From: an uncultured archaeon
GTDB taxonomy: Archaea; Asgardarchaeota; Thorarchaeia; Thorarchaeales; Thorarchaeaceae
Assembly: GCA_964610875.1 (NCBI GenBank)
Contig: CAZSWP010000020.1
Span: 18,602-63,673 of the forward strand
Direction: 5' to 3'
DNA length: 45,072 bases
Of the stretch, positions 19,284-27,443 are shown in pieces. The translations under genes and the position numbers were made by a program. A model generated the notes under the pieces. It searched no databases. It had not been told where the DNA came from and saw nothing but the letters and a program-made list of their open reading frames with translations. The first letter of the stretch is position 1. Each line of letters opens with the position of its first letter.

Positions 19284-19596
19284 TAATTACTAACTCCTTT
19301 TGTATGGGATGGCCGAAGTCAACAGTTCCATATCGTTTATTGTACATCAACATTAGAACCAATGCTAATGCAGTATGTGCAGCTGAAACAGATATGATTA
19401 GGATTATCAGCCCCTGTCCTGTGAACGAAAAGACATTGTTATATAGTGCAAACGCAACAAGTGCAATATTCGCACCATTTGCCATTATCTCAGCAGAGAT
19501 GAGGATGCGAATGAGATTTCTTTTGACCATCATTCCATATGCACCCATTCCAACTAGAATGAAAGCAACAACGAGATACCAAGATAATGGAATCAT
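19276..19596 (-). CDS. nuoK: Complex I-like subunit K
   Basis: Three TM helices, KRNLIRILISAEIMANG, GQGL, VSAAHTALAL. Confidence 0.9.
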   Translation of the reverse strand: MIPLSWYLVVAFILVGMGAYGMMVKRNLIRILISAEIMANGANIALVAFALYNNVFSFTGQGLIILIISVSAAHTALALVLMLMYNKRYGTVDFGHPIQKELVINE

Positions 19597-20240
19597 TGTT
19601 CATCACCCTCCAGTGTGGTAGCTTCGATCTCTACCACTACCTCATTATCATCAGAAGGGTCTGCTTCAATGCCAAACTCACCTTCAATTGATGCGAGCTC
19701 TTCTGCTTTTTCCATCTGAAGAATAGCAATGGACCCAACAATTGACGTGATGAGAATTATTGCAATAATCTGAACATAGATACCATGATCATCCCAGAGC
19801 CAGACGGCTAAATCATGTAAACTCTGAGATATGTCTGGAGAGCCAGCAGGAATAACTTCGGGCCAAGGAAATATAATAGCCAGCACTGCTGAGAGCCCAA
19901 TTACCACACCAGTTAATGCTAAACCGAGTATTCTCGCTCGCCGAGACGCAAATTCCTCGAGCGTTCTATCTTGGGCGCGAGGGAGAAGCAAAACAGCAAA
20001 GATAATGAGGGCACTGATGCCGCCCGTATAGACTGCGATTTGCATCCCCGCAATGAACGGGGCATCTAGAAGTAGAAAGAATCCAGATACAAAAGATGCC
20101 ATAAATCCAAAGAAGAAAGCTGCATATACGATGTCCTTATGCTCAAGTGCAAGATATGCTAAGAATATAACAATGCTTGCTATTAGGATGAATTCAAACT
20201 GCTCAAATAATTCGATTGCCGGATCTACCTCTTGAAGCAT
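19593..20240 (-). CDS. nuoJ: Complex I-like subunit J
   Basis: LLDAPFIAGMQIAVYTGGISALIIFAVLL. Start moved to ATG 20240 (GGTGAT SD just after the nuoA stop). Confidence 0.9.
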   Translation of the reverse strand: MLQEVDPAIELFEQFEFILIASIVIFLAYLALEHKDIVYAAFFFGFMASFVSGFFLLLDAPFIAGMQIAVYTGGISALIIFAVLLLPRAQDRTLEEFASRRARILGLALTGVVIGLSAVLAIIFPWPEVIPAGSPDISQSLHDLAVWLWDDHGIYVQIIAIILITSIVGSIAILQMEKAEELASIEGEFGIEADPSDDNEVVVEIEATTLEGDEQ

Positions 20241-20250
20241 GATTATCACC

Positions 20251-20685
20251 CTATTTACCGTGCTGCTCCTTTTCCCGTGCTGCTTTTGCTTCACGATATA
20301 GTTGTAGTGTTTCTTGTCCACTGAGAAATGCTTGCGGTAGCATCTTCATGGCATATCCAATACCACCCATAATAATCACGAGAAATATCAGTGTCTGCCA
20401 CACAACTATTGGTTCAAAACGGAGCTCTGAAGAGGCTAAGAGCCACAAGAAAGCACCCATGACATCAACAACAACAAACAAGATTGTGTACACGAAGTAG
20501 TTGTAGGGATATGACACACGGGCAGTCCCAATTGGTACCTCACCACATTCGTAGGTGGATGTCTTTTCTGAATTTTGCAAAACATGTGGTCGTAAAACCC
20601 ATGAAGCTAAGAGCATTATAATCACTAAAGCTATGGCCAATAATCCCCACACGATCACGGGTACGAAGTCTACGAAGAGCCTCAT
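20251..20685 (-). CDS. nuoA: Complex I-like subunit A
   Basis: Three TM helices, EKTSTYECGEVPIG, YFVYTILFVVVDV. Confidence 0.92.
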   Translation of the reverse strand: MRLFVDFVPVIVWGLLAIALVIIMLLASWVLRPHVLQNSEKTSTYECGEVPIGTARVSYPYNYFVYTILFVVVDVMGAFLWLLASSELRFEPIVVWQTLIFLVIIMGGIGYAMKMLPQAFLSGQETLQLYREAKAAREKEQHGK

Positions 20686-20966
20686 TCTCTCAACCCACCA
20701 TCACTCTTGTTTGTTGAAATCGTGGTATGTCTTTGTTCAGGACCATTTTTCATGGTCCATTCTTTGAACTTCATGAAAAGTAAATGAGAGAACTCAATCA
20801 CACGGTTGCATGTTTTTGTTTTCTTTCGTTTTTTTTTCATTACAGTTCATGTAAGGTTGTAACCGGAGAACTTTACGGGGTGATAAAAACACTTCGGGCG
20901 GAATACTCAAAGAAGTTAAATGTTGGATTATAATTTCTAAGAACGGCGAAGCCGAGGACGAGAATC

Positions 20967-21323
20967 ATGTTTGATTTGAGATGGTATCAAAGGGGCACAT
21001 TCTTCTATTATCTTGGATTAATTGTGGGAGCCGCATTCTGTGGGGCCTTTTACGGTGTTATTCTTATGGCATCTCTACCACTTACGTTGTTCAACTATAT
21101 GATGCTTGGGTCTAGTGGAGTGGTTCTTCTTGGTTCTCTGTTATTTGCTCATCTTCATGGTAGAAAGCCACGCCTTTTCCTAACAATACTAACTGCAATA
21201 CCTGCTGGAGTCTTTGGATTTCTCAGCGTGAAATTATTTCCCGGACTTGGACTTGTCTATTTCGGATGGTTGATGTTTGGAATTCTAATCTTATCATCTG
21301 TGTATTCGTGGACAAATGAGTGA
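20967..21323 (+). CDS. Small 4-TM membrane protein
   Basis: 118 aa with four hydrophobic segments. Converges on the next gene with a 2-nt gap. Confidence 0.7.
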   Translation: MFDLRWYQRGTFFYYLGLIVGAAFCGAFYGVILMASLPLTLFNYMMLGSSGVVLLGSLLFAHLHGRKPRLFLTILTAIPAGVFGFLSVKLFPGLGLVYFGWLMFGILILSSVYSWTNE

Positions 21324-21325
21324 AC

Positions 21326-21805
21326 TCAATCTGTAGTTTCTGTAGAAGTAATTGGTTCACCTTCTTCTTCAACTAATTCTTCTTGACCTGGTGGATAATG
21401 AAGTTTTGAAGTATCAATTATTCCAGGACTTGTACTCTCTTCCACTGGTGGAAACATCATTATCGCTATTGCGATAAGAAATGCTGACCCTGCGCCCCAA
21501 GTAGTGATAAGTGTGCTTGAGTCTAGTGCCCAATCATGATATATGAAAACAACTATTGCATAGAGCAGAGTTAATACGCCAGAGATTGACATCATCAATG
21601 ATTTGATTTTCCCTGTATCGGGTTTCAGAAATCCAGTATATAGAATCAACAGTAGCAGTGGACCTCCAAGTACAGCTAGAAGTAATGTAATACTTCCAAT
21701 CGTACCTGTCATCCAAGTATAGAAGAAGCTGAAATAATAGGCACTGAGAAGCATTACACCCATCCAAATCATGCAATAGTGAGAACTGTCCTCGCGAAGT
21801 CTCAT
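21326..21805 (-). CDS. 4-TM membrane protein with acidic C-tail, translationally coupled to the FAD-NuoB fusion
   Basis: ATGA overlap with the fusion gene at 21802-21805, four hydrophobic segments, tail QEELVEEEGE. Confidence 0.75.
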   Translation of the reverse strand: MRLREDSSHYCMIWMGVMLLSAYYFSFFYTWMTGTIGSITLLLAVLGGPLLLLILYTGFLKPDTGKIKSLMMSISGVLTLLYAIVVFIYHDWALDSSTLITTWGAGSAFLIAIAIMMFPPVEESTSPGIIDTSKLHYPPGQEELVEEEGEPITSTETTD

Positions 21806-23742
21806 TTCATCATCCCCACTGAGTCTTGATTCTCATGCTTTTGTTGCCAGTGTGTAGTACCAGCACGAATCTTGTTTTGAAGTATAATATGCGCTCTCAC
21901 AAAGTCTGAAGGTTTGGGAGGACACCCTGGAATGTAAACATCAACAGGCACCACTTTATCAGGCGGTGTCATGAGTGAATATCCATCATAGAACATTCCT
22001 CCGCTAGCAGCGCATTGGCCAAAGGAGATAACAAACTTTGGTTCAGGTAGTTGCTCGTATATTCTTCGGAGGCGAGGCGTCATCTTCTTTGTGAGAGAGC
22101 CGGAGATCCATAGAACATCACATTGTCTCGGTCCAAATAGTGGCAACATTCCAAATCTCTCGATGTCCCATCTTGATGCAACAGCTGCTGCACCATCAGC
22201 CATACAACATCCAAGTCCGTATTGAACTGGCCATGGACTATGAGCACGACCCCATCGCAATAGCCATTTTACGGGTGGTAGATTCTGTACCCATTTCAGC
22301 AGAATAGGTGCAATGCGACCAAAGCCGTTTCTAAACAAATCATACCCAATCCACATGAAGTACTTACCAACCCGAATCATGAACGGCAGCCAGAATGCAA
22401 ACACCTTACCTGGGTTAGAGACCTCATTTGGGTCATACTTGAGCTTGGCAACTCGTATTTTTGCAAGCCGTTTCTTGCCAAAGTACTGAGAGGCATAGTT
22501 AGCGAACCAAATACCGGTTGAATGCACATGACCTCCGTGACGTTGAGCAATCTTAAAGATGACAAAACTTTGTGACCATGAGAGAAGATAGAATGGTCGG
22601 CGCTCATCTTCGAGGAAGTACCCCATCATCGTCGCACCACTCTTAGAAGTTATATAACCATCAATTCCAGCTTCAGCAGATGCCTGCTCAAATTGGAAAT
22701 CATCAAGTATTGCGTGGAGGTTCTCAAGGGGGGCAAATGCCTGACCCACAACTAATGTCGGACCTACTTTCTTAATCTTCATTGGATAGAATCTATCATG
22801 CCACTCATGATCTGCTACATGTTCATCATAAACAGTGCCTCTGAATTCATCAACTACCTCTCTGAATGTCTGTTCACCAGCTTCTACTTCTGCGGGAGAC
22901 CCTTCGTAAGCAACTAAGAGAACACAATGATAAACAGGATAGGGGAACGGTTCTTCCTCCTCCCAAGCTTGTTTCTTTAGATCTGTATACTTGCTCTCTT
23001 CAAACTTCATAGTATATGGAAGAGGTCCTCTCTCTAGCATATGCTCAATTGCCATTGTTAATTGGTAATTTTCTTCGAAGCTTGCTACAAGTGGACGAAT
23101 TTCAGTCGTCTTCTTAATCTTGATTTTTACCTCTGTAATGATACCGAGGATACCTTCGGTATCGCAGAAAAGATCGGTGTCTTTTGTTATGATGAGCTGA
23201 CCTGTTGGAAGTACTACCTGAAACTCAAGCACATTTTCGTTGACATTACCATATTTCAGGCTACCAATACCATCTCCACCTTGTGCCACCCATCCACCAA
23301 CTGAAGCTGAAATTCCAGAAGAAGGATAACATCGTAAATCTAACCCTTGACGATTCAATTCATGCTGAAGGTCCTGCCATGTTATTCCTGGCTCAACAGT
23401 AGCAGTGAGATTTTCTCCATCAATGTCAATGATATTATCCATTCTGCGCATGTCAACAATAATTCCGCCCTTTCGAGGGATTGCTCCACCATATCCGCTA
23501 GTGCCTGCAGCTCTTGGTACTAGAGGTATTTTCTCTTTGTTTGCAAATTTATAGAGTTTCATAATCTCTTCAGGATTAACTGGTTGGACAGCCGCATCAG
23601 GAGTGTTATTGATGAACCATCCTACCTGTTTTGGTAGAGATCCTACATCTGTCTTGAAGAGATGGAGTTCATGTTTAGCAGTGACCAGTCGGGCTCCAAA
23701 TATTTCTTCTAGAGCATCTAACTGCTTTTTTTTCAGACCCAT
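21802..23742 (-). CDS. nuoB: Fusion of FAD-binding (GlcD/Dld, VAO-type) oxidoreductase and complex I subunit B
   Basis: aa ~1-450: PDAAVQP, VPRAAGTSGYGG, TVEPG, ASVGGWVAQGGDGIGSLKYG, EGILGIITE, YDPNEVSNPGK. aa ~490-646: PWPVQYGLGCC, DIERFG, PRQCDVLWISG, YEQLPEPKFVISFGQCAASGG, VDVYIPGCPPKP. One uninterrupted ORF. Confidence 0.93.
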   Translation of the reverse strand: MGLKKKQLDALEEIFGARLVTAKHELHLFKTDVGSLPKQVGWFINNTPDAAVQPVNPEEIMKLYKFANKEKIPLVPRAAGTSGYGGAIPRKGGIIVDMRRMDNIIDIDGENLTATVEPGITWQDLQHELNRQGLDLRCYPSSGISASVGGWVAQGGDGIGSLKYGNVNENVLEFQVVLPTGQLIITKDTDLFCDTEGILGIITEVKIKIKKTTEIRPLVASFEENYQLTMAIEHMLERGPLPYTMKFEESKYTDLKKQAWEEEEPFPYPVYHCVLLVAYEGSPAEVEAGEQTFREVVDEFRGTVYDEHVADHEWHDRFYPMKIKKVGPTLVVGQAFAPLENLHAILDDFQFEQASAEAGIDGYITSKSGATMMGYFLEDERRPFYLLSWSQSFVIFKIAQRHGGHVHSTGIWFANYASQYFGKKRLAKIRVAKLKYDPNEVSNPGKVFAFWLPFMIRVGKYFMWIGYDLFRNGFGRIAPILLKWVQNLPPVKWLLRWGRAHSPWPVQYGLGCCMADGAAAVASRWDIERFGMLPLFGPRQCDVLWISGSLTKKMTPRLRRIYEQLPEPKFVISFGQCAASGGMFYDGYSLMTPPDKVVPVDVYIPGCPPKPSDFVRAHIILQNKIRAGTTHWQQKHENQDSVGMMK

Positions 23743-23948
23743 TGATAGCTCTCCATGGTATTGGTTTCTTAAGCTACATTTGAGCCGAGAGGAAAGTTAT
23801 GGCATAAAAACCCTGCGAGAAAAGAAGAAATCCTATAGTTACTTTCTGAATTGCCATAAGGGCAAACATATTTGAGGTCGTCAGTAATTCGAACAATAAC
23901 TGAGACAGTAGAATAAGATACAATGTTCAGTCAAAGGAGAAACAACGA

Positions 23949-25178
23949 ATGCGGTTTCCTTCACTTGATGCCCGTGAACTCCAAGAAATGGCCTTTACCT
24001 GCGCACAATGTAGCTTTTGTCAGGTTGGAAATGGGGCGTGTCCAACATACAAAGTGAAACGGCTTGACAGCTATTCTGGGAAAGGTAAGATGCTTCTTGC
24101 TCGTGCGTTAATGCAAAACAGACTCAGTGAGAAAGAGGGATTAGAAGGTCTCAAGGATGCAGTCTTTGGATGCACACTCTGTGGAGGTTGTGAGGAAGTC
24201 TGTCAGGTTGATATTCCCTTTGTAAAAATCTATCAATTATTGCGACATGATTTCTTGAAACTTGGTATGTGGCCAGAAGGGCTTGTTCTAGCCAGAGATA
24301 CGCTACTGAAGTCAAACAACATTCAAGGTCAACCACAGATGGACAGATTGGAGGGATGGTCATATTGGGCACCAGATGAAGACATGATTCTTGATGCTGA
24401 AAGGAGAAAAGCAAAGACTGCATTCTTTGTTGGGTGTGCTTCATCGTTTAAAGGAGTTTCAATTCAATCAACTATAGCCATGGCTTTGATTATGAATAAG
24501 ATTGATGAAGGATTCACTATGCTTGGCGAAGAGGAATATTGCTGTGGAGCTCCAATGATAATGAGTGGAGATTTTGAAACAGCTAGGGCTCTTGCACTTC
24601 ATAATATCGAAGAGTATCAAAAGTTAGGCGTAGAACACGTTGTGACTAATTGTCCAGGTTGTTACAAGATGTGGGATCATGAATATCATGAGTTTCTTGA
24701 TATTGACCCACCATTTGAGATCCATTATGGTCCAGCATATTTTGCTGAATTATTGGATAATGGAAGATTCAATGGGCTTCTCACTAATCCATTAGATAAG
24801 ACAATAACATTTCATGATGGGTGTGACGCTGGACGCAATACCGGTTTCTTTGAAGAGCCAAGAAAGGTTCTAGAATATATTCCGGGCATCATTTTTGAAG
24901 AACTACCACACAACAAGAATAATTGCTACTGTTGTGGCTCAGGCGGCGTGTTACGGGCAATTGACAATGAATTTGCTGGTAATATCAGCGAACTGAAGGC
25001 TAAGGATATAGATGCCACTAACGCAGAAGTCGTATTATCAGGATGTCCCTCATGCGTCGAATACATGCACAGTCAATTACCAACAGCGGGAGTGAATGTA
25101 GTTTCAAAGGACATTATTGTGATGCTTGCTGAATCTATGGGATTCACGTGGGAAGGACTAGATGAGGTCTACGGCTGA
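23949..25178 (+). CDS. HdrD/GlcF-like Fe-S oxidoreductase (2x[4Fe-4S] plus two CCG domains)
   Basis: CAQCSFC...CP and CTLCGGCEEVC, then FVGC...YCCG...TNCPGC and HDGC...YCCGSGG...SGCPSC. Confidence 0.92.
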   Translation: MRFPSLDARELQEMAFTCAQCSFCQVGNGACPTYKVKRLDSYSGKGKMLLARALMQNRLSEKEGLEGLKDAVFGCTLCGGCEEVCQVDIPFVKIYQLLRHDFLKLGMWPEGLVLARDTLLKSNNIQGQPQMDRLEGWSYWAPDEDMILDAERRKAKTAFFVGCASSFKGVSIQSTIAMALIMNKIDEGFTMLGEEEYCCGAPMIMSGDFETARALALHNIEEYQKLGVEHVVTNCPGCYKMWDHEYHEFLDIDPPFEIHYGPAYFAELLDNGRFNGLLTNPLDKTITFHDGCDAGRNTGFFEEPRKVLEYIPGIIFEELPHNKNNCYCCGSGGVLRAIDNEFAGNISELKAKDIDATNAEVVLSGCPSCVEYMHSQLPTAGVNVVSKDIIVMLAESMGFTWEGLDEVYG

Positions 25179-26227
25179 GGTGGAGGTCGAAGAAGACCAC
25201 GTAGAAAGTATAAGACGATTCCAAACATCACTGCACCAATCACCGTTATGAAGAAGACATCTAAGTTAAGATTCGCAACAATGAATGCGAATGACATGAA
25301 TAGTCCTACTAGCAAATGGACCATCACAGTGGCAACATTGGCGGGGACAAGTCTTGGAATTTCATCATAATATTTCCATGCGGTACCAACACCAATCGCT
25401 GCCAAGGGGAGAGTGATGAAGGAATATAAGACCCAGATAGTTGTGTAACTGAATGCTATTGGTAATAGAATCGACAAATAGGTGCAAAGCATTAGAAATG
25501 CATAACCTCGAGATGCTCTTTTCTTTCCTAACCGGACAACAATGGTTCTCTTTCCCGCACCTCGATCAGCACGATAATCCGGAAATTCGTTAATATAGAG
25601 TATAGCACTGATTAATATTGCAATTGGAAGTGAATAAAGAATAGGTGTGATCTTTAACTCCATTGTTTGGACATAGTATGCTCCCAAGACCATTAGAACT
25701 CCAAAGTTGAGTCCGATGAAAACCTCCCCAATACCTCGCTTAACAAATCTGAAGGGAGGAGCGGTGTAGAAAAAGCCCGAACCTGCACCGATAACTCCAA
25801 GGACGATAATTATGATGCCTCTTTGATATGCCAAGTATAAACCAATCAAACCACCAATAGCAAAAAACACCATAGCTCCAATGAATACTTCACGAGGGGA
25901 TAAATAGCCAAGTTGTATGGTCCTACTGCCTCCTGTAAACGGTCGGATGAACTCCACATTGATATCATCAGTTCCTGTTTCATCCTCTGAATGGTCAAAG
26001 TAATCATTTGAAACGTTTGCTCCAAGATGAAGACAAACACCTGCAATGAGTGTTAGAATGAAATAGTCAAAGAAGAACACGCTTACTTCATACCAAGCAA
26101 CTGCTGTCCCCAGAATAACAGGAATGATACTTGCAGTAAGAAAAGGTGCTCTGAGTTCCATAATCCAAGCTTTCAACTTACTTGGTTTTTCCTCCACTCG
26201 GTTTTCTGAAAGCTTGTCTTCAGCCAA
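25169..26227 (-). CDS. menA: 1,4-dihydroxy-2-naphthoate polyprenyltransferase (MenA/UBIAD1 family)
   Basis: LRAPFLTAS, NDYFDH...DD...PFTGGSR, FYTAPP, GIGE, INEFPDYRADRGAGKRTIVVRLG. TTG start; 10-nt convergent overlap with the HdrD-like gene. Confidence 0.88.
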   Translation of the reverse strand: MAEDKLSENRVEEKPSKLKAWIMELRAPFLTASIIPVILGTAVAWYEVSVFFFDYFILTLIAGVCLHLGANVSNDYFDHSEDETGTDDINVEFIRPFTGGSRTIQLGYLSPREVFIGAMVFFAIGGLIGLYLAYQRGIIIIVLGVIGAGSGFFYTAPPFRFVKRGIGEVFIGLNFGVLMVLGAYYVQTMELKITPILYSLPIAILISAILYINEFPDYRADRGAGKRTIVVRLGKKRASRGYAFLMLCTYLSILLPIAFSYTTIWVLYSFITLPLAAIGVGTAWKYYDEIPRLVPANVATVMVHLLVGLFMSFAFIVANLNLDVFFITVIGAVMFGIVLYFLRGLLRPPPQP

Positions 26228-26384
26228 ATGAGAATCCTCGACAGTAATTATGTGAGATGCACTGCTAGTTTCATAGAAAAGGCTTCCCTATAACCTTACA
26301 ATAAACTGCTCTTGAAGGAACTACTATATATGGAGATATGTTCTCTGAAACGTAGCATACGGTTGAAATATGGAGTATCAATGA

Positions 26385-27443
26385 ATGCATGAAGAAGAGA
26401 TGACCAATGGCGGTCCATCTTCAAAGAGGATGGATATGAGAGAGAAGAGGACAATAGGCCATGCAAAAGTCATCGATGACCTAATGCAAATCGAAGATAT
26501 CAGAGTCCGGCTTGATTTGATTAATGAAAGAATCAATGATTTTGTTGATAGAACTATGGGTAGTCCCATTGAGCTTTATTCAACAGCATATCATCTAATC
26601 AAAGCAGGAGGTAAAAGACTTCGTTCGTTACTATTCGTTTTATCATCAGAAGCAGCTGGAGGAACCATTGAGAAGGCACTACCCTTTGCATTGGCAATTG
26701 AGTTGACACAAACAGCCAGTCTCATCCATGATGATATTATGGATGAGGATGAAGTCCGTCGAGGAACAGAAGTCACTCATAAAAAATTCGGAAAAAAAAT
26801 GGCACTCATTGCAGGCGACCTTCTAATTGCACAAGCAGTACATCTTGCTGGACAAAATGCATCCTCAAAGATGATTGAGATGCTAGCAGAAGAAGCCATC
26901 AGTATGTGTGAAGGGCAAGCTCAAGATTTGATGATAAAACTTGATTTAGTTGATTCAGTTAGAATTGATACATATATTGACATGATTGGAAAGAAAACAG
27001 CGGCATTCTTCAAAGCAGCTGGAAGAATGGGAGTAACACTTGCAGAAGCATCTTCAGAAATTGAAACAGCAATAGTCAACTATTGTGAGAATATAGGATA
27101 CGCATTCCAAATTCGTGATGACATTTTGAATATTGTTTCATCAGAAAAAACCACAGGGAAATCTTCCAAATCGGATATTATTGCAGGAAGATGTAATTAT
27201 GTACTATTATTGACAAGTGAGTCACTTAATGAAACTGATAGAAATGAATACTTGCAAGCAGTACAGCAAGCCAATATTCACGAGGCCCTTCAATTCGTGG
27301 AACAGACAGATGCAATACGCCAAGCGGGAAACATGGTTGAGGAATATGTTGATGCTGCAAAGAGAGCCCTCTCAGGACATTCCAGTATTCAAAAAGAGCT
27401 TCTTTTCATACTCGCAGATTTTATGCTAACTCGAATTCACTAA
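26385..27443 (+). CDS. Trans-polyprenyl diphosphate synthase, predicted medium/long-chain
   Basis: GGKRLR, first Asp-rich motif ASLIHDDIMDEDEVRRG, GQAQD, KKTA, second motif FQIRDDILN. Confidence 0.9.
   Translation: MHEEEMTNGGPSSKRMDMREKRTIGHAKVIDDLMQIEDIRVRLDLINERINDFVDRTMGSPIELYSTAYHLIKAGGKRLRSLLFVLSSEAAGGTIEKALPFALAIELTQTASLIHDDIMDEDEVRRGTEVTHKKFGKKMALIAGDLLIAQAVHLAGQNASSKMIEMLAEEAISMCEGQAQDLMIKLDLVDSVRIDTYIDMIGKKTAAFFKAAGRMGVTLAEASSEIETAIVNYCENIGYAFQIRDDILNIVSSEKTTGKSSKSDIIAGRCNYVLLLTSESLNETDRNEYLQAVQQANIHEALQFVEQTDAIRQAGNMVEEYVDAAKRALSGHSSIQKELLFILADFMLTRIH

Noticed and set aside
20241-20321. N-terminal extension of NuoJ given by the ORF track
   Set aside because: It overlaps nuoA by 71 nt, whereas ATG 20240 has a GGTGAT SD right after the nuoA stop.
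9282-23742. Group 4 [NiFe] hydrogenase (Hyf/Mbh/Ech)
   Set aside because: The large subunit lacks both CxxC Ni ligand pairs, the small subunit has the tandem CC of complex I, nuoA/J/K are present, and no maturation genes are in the window.
21802-23742. Plain D-lactate dehydrogenase annotation
   Set aside because: The catalytic His/Glu motifs are missing and the C-terminal quarter is NuoB.
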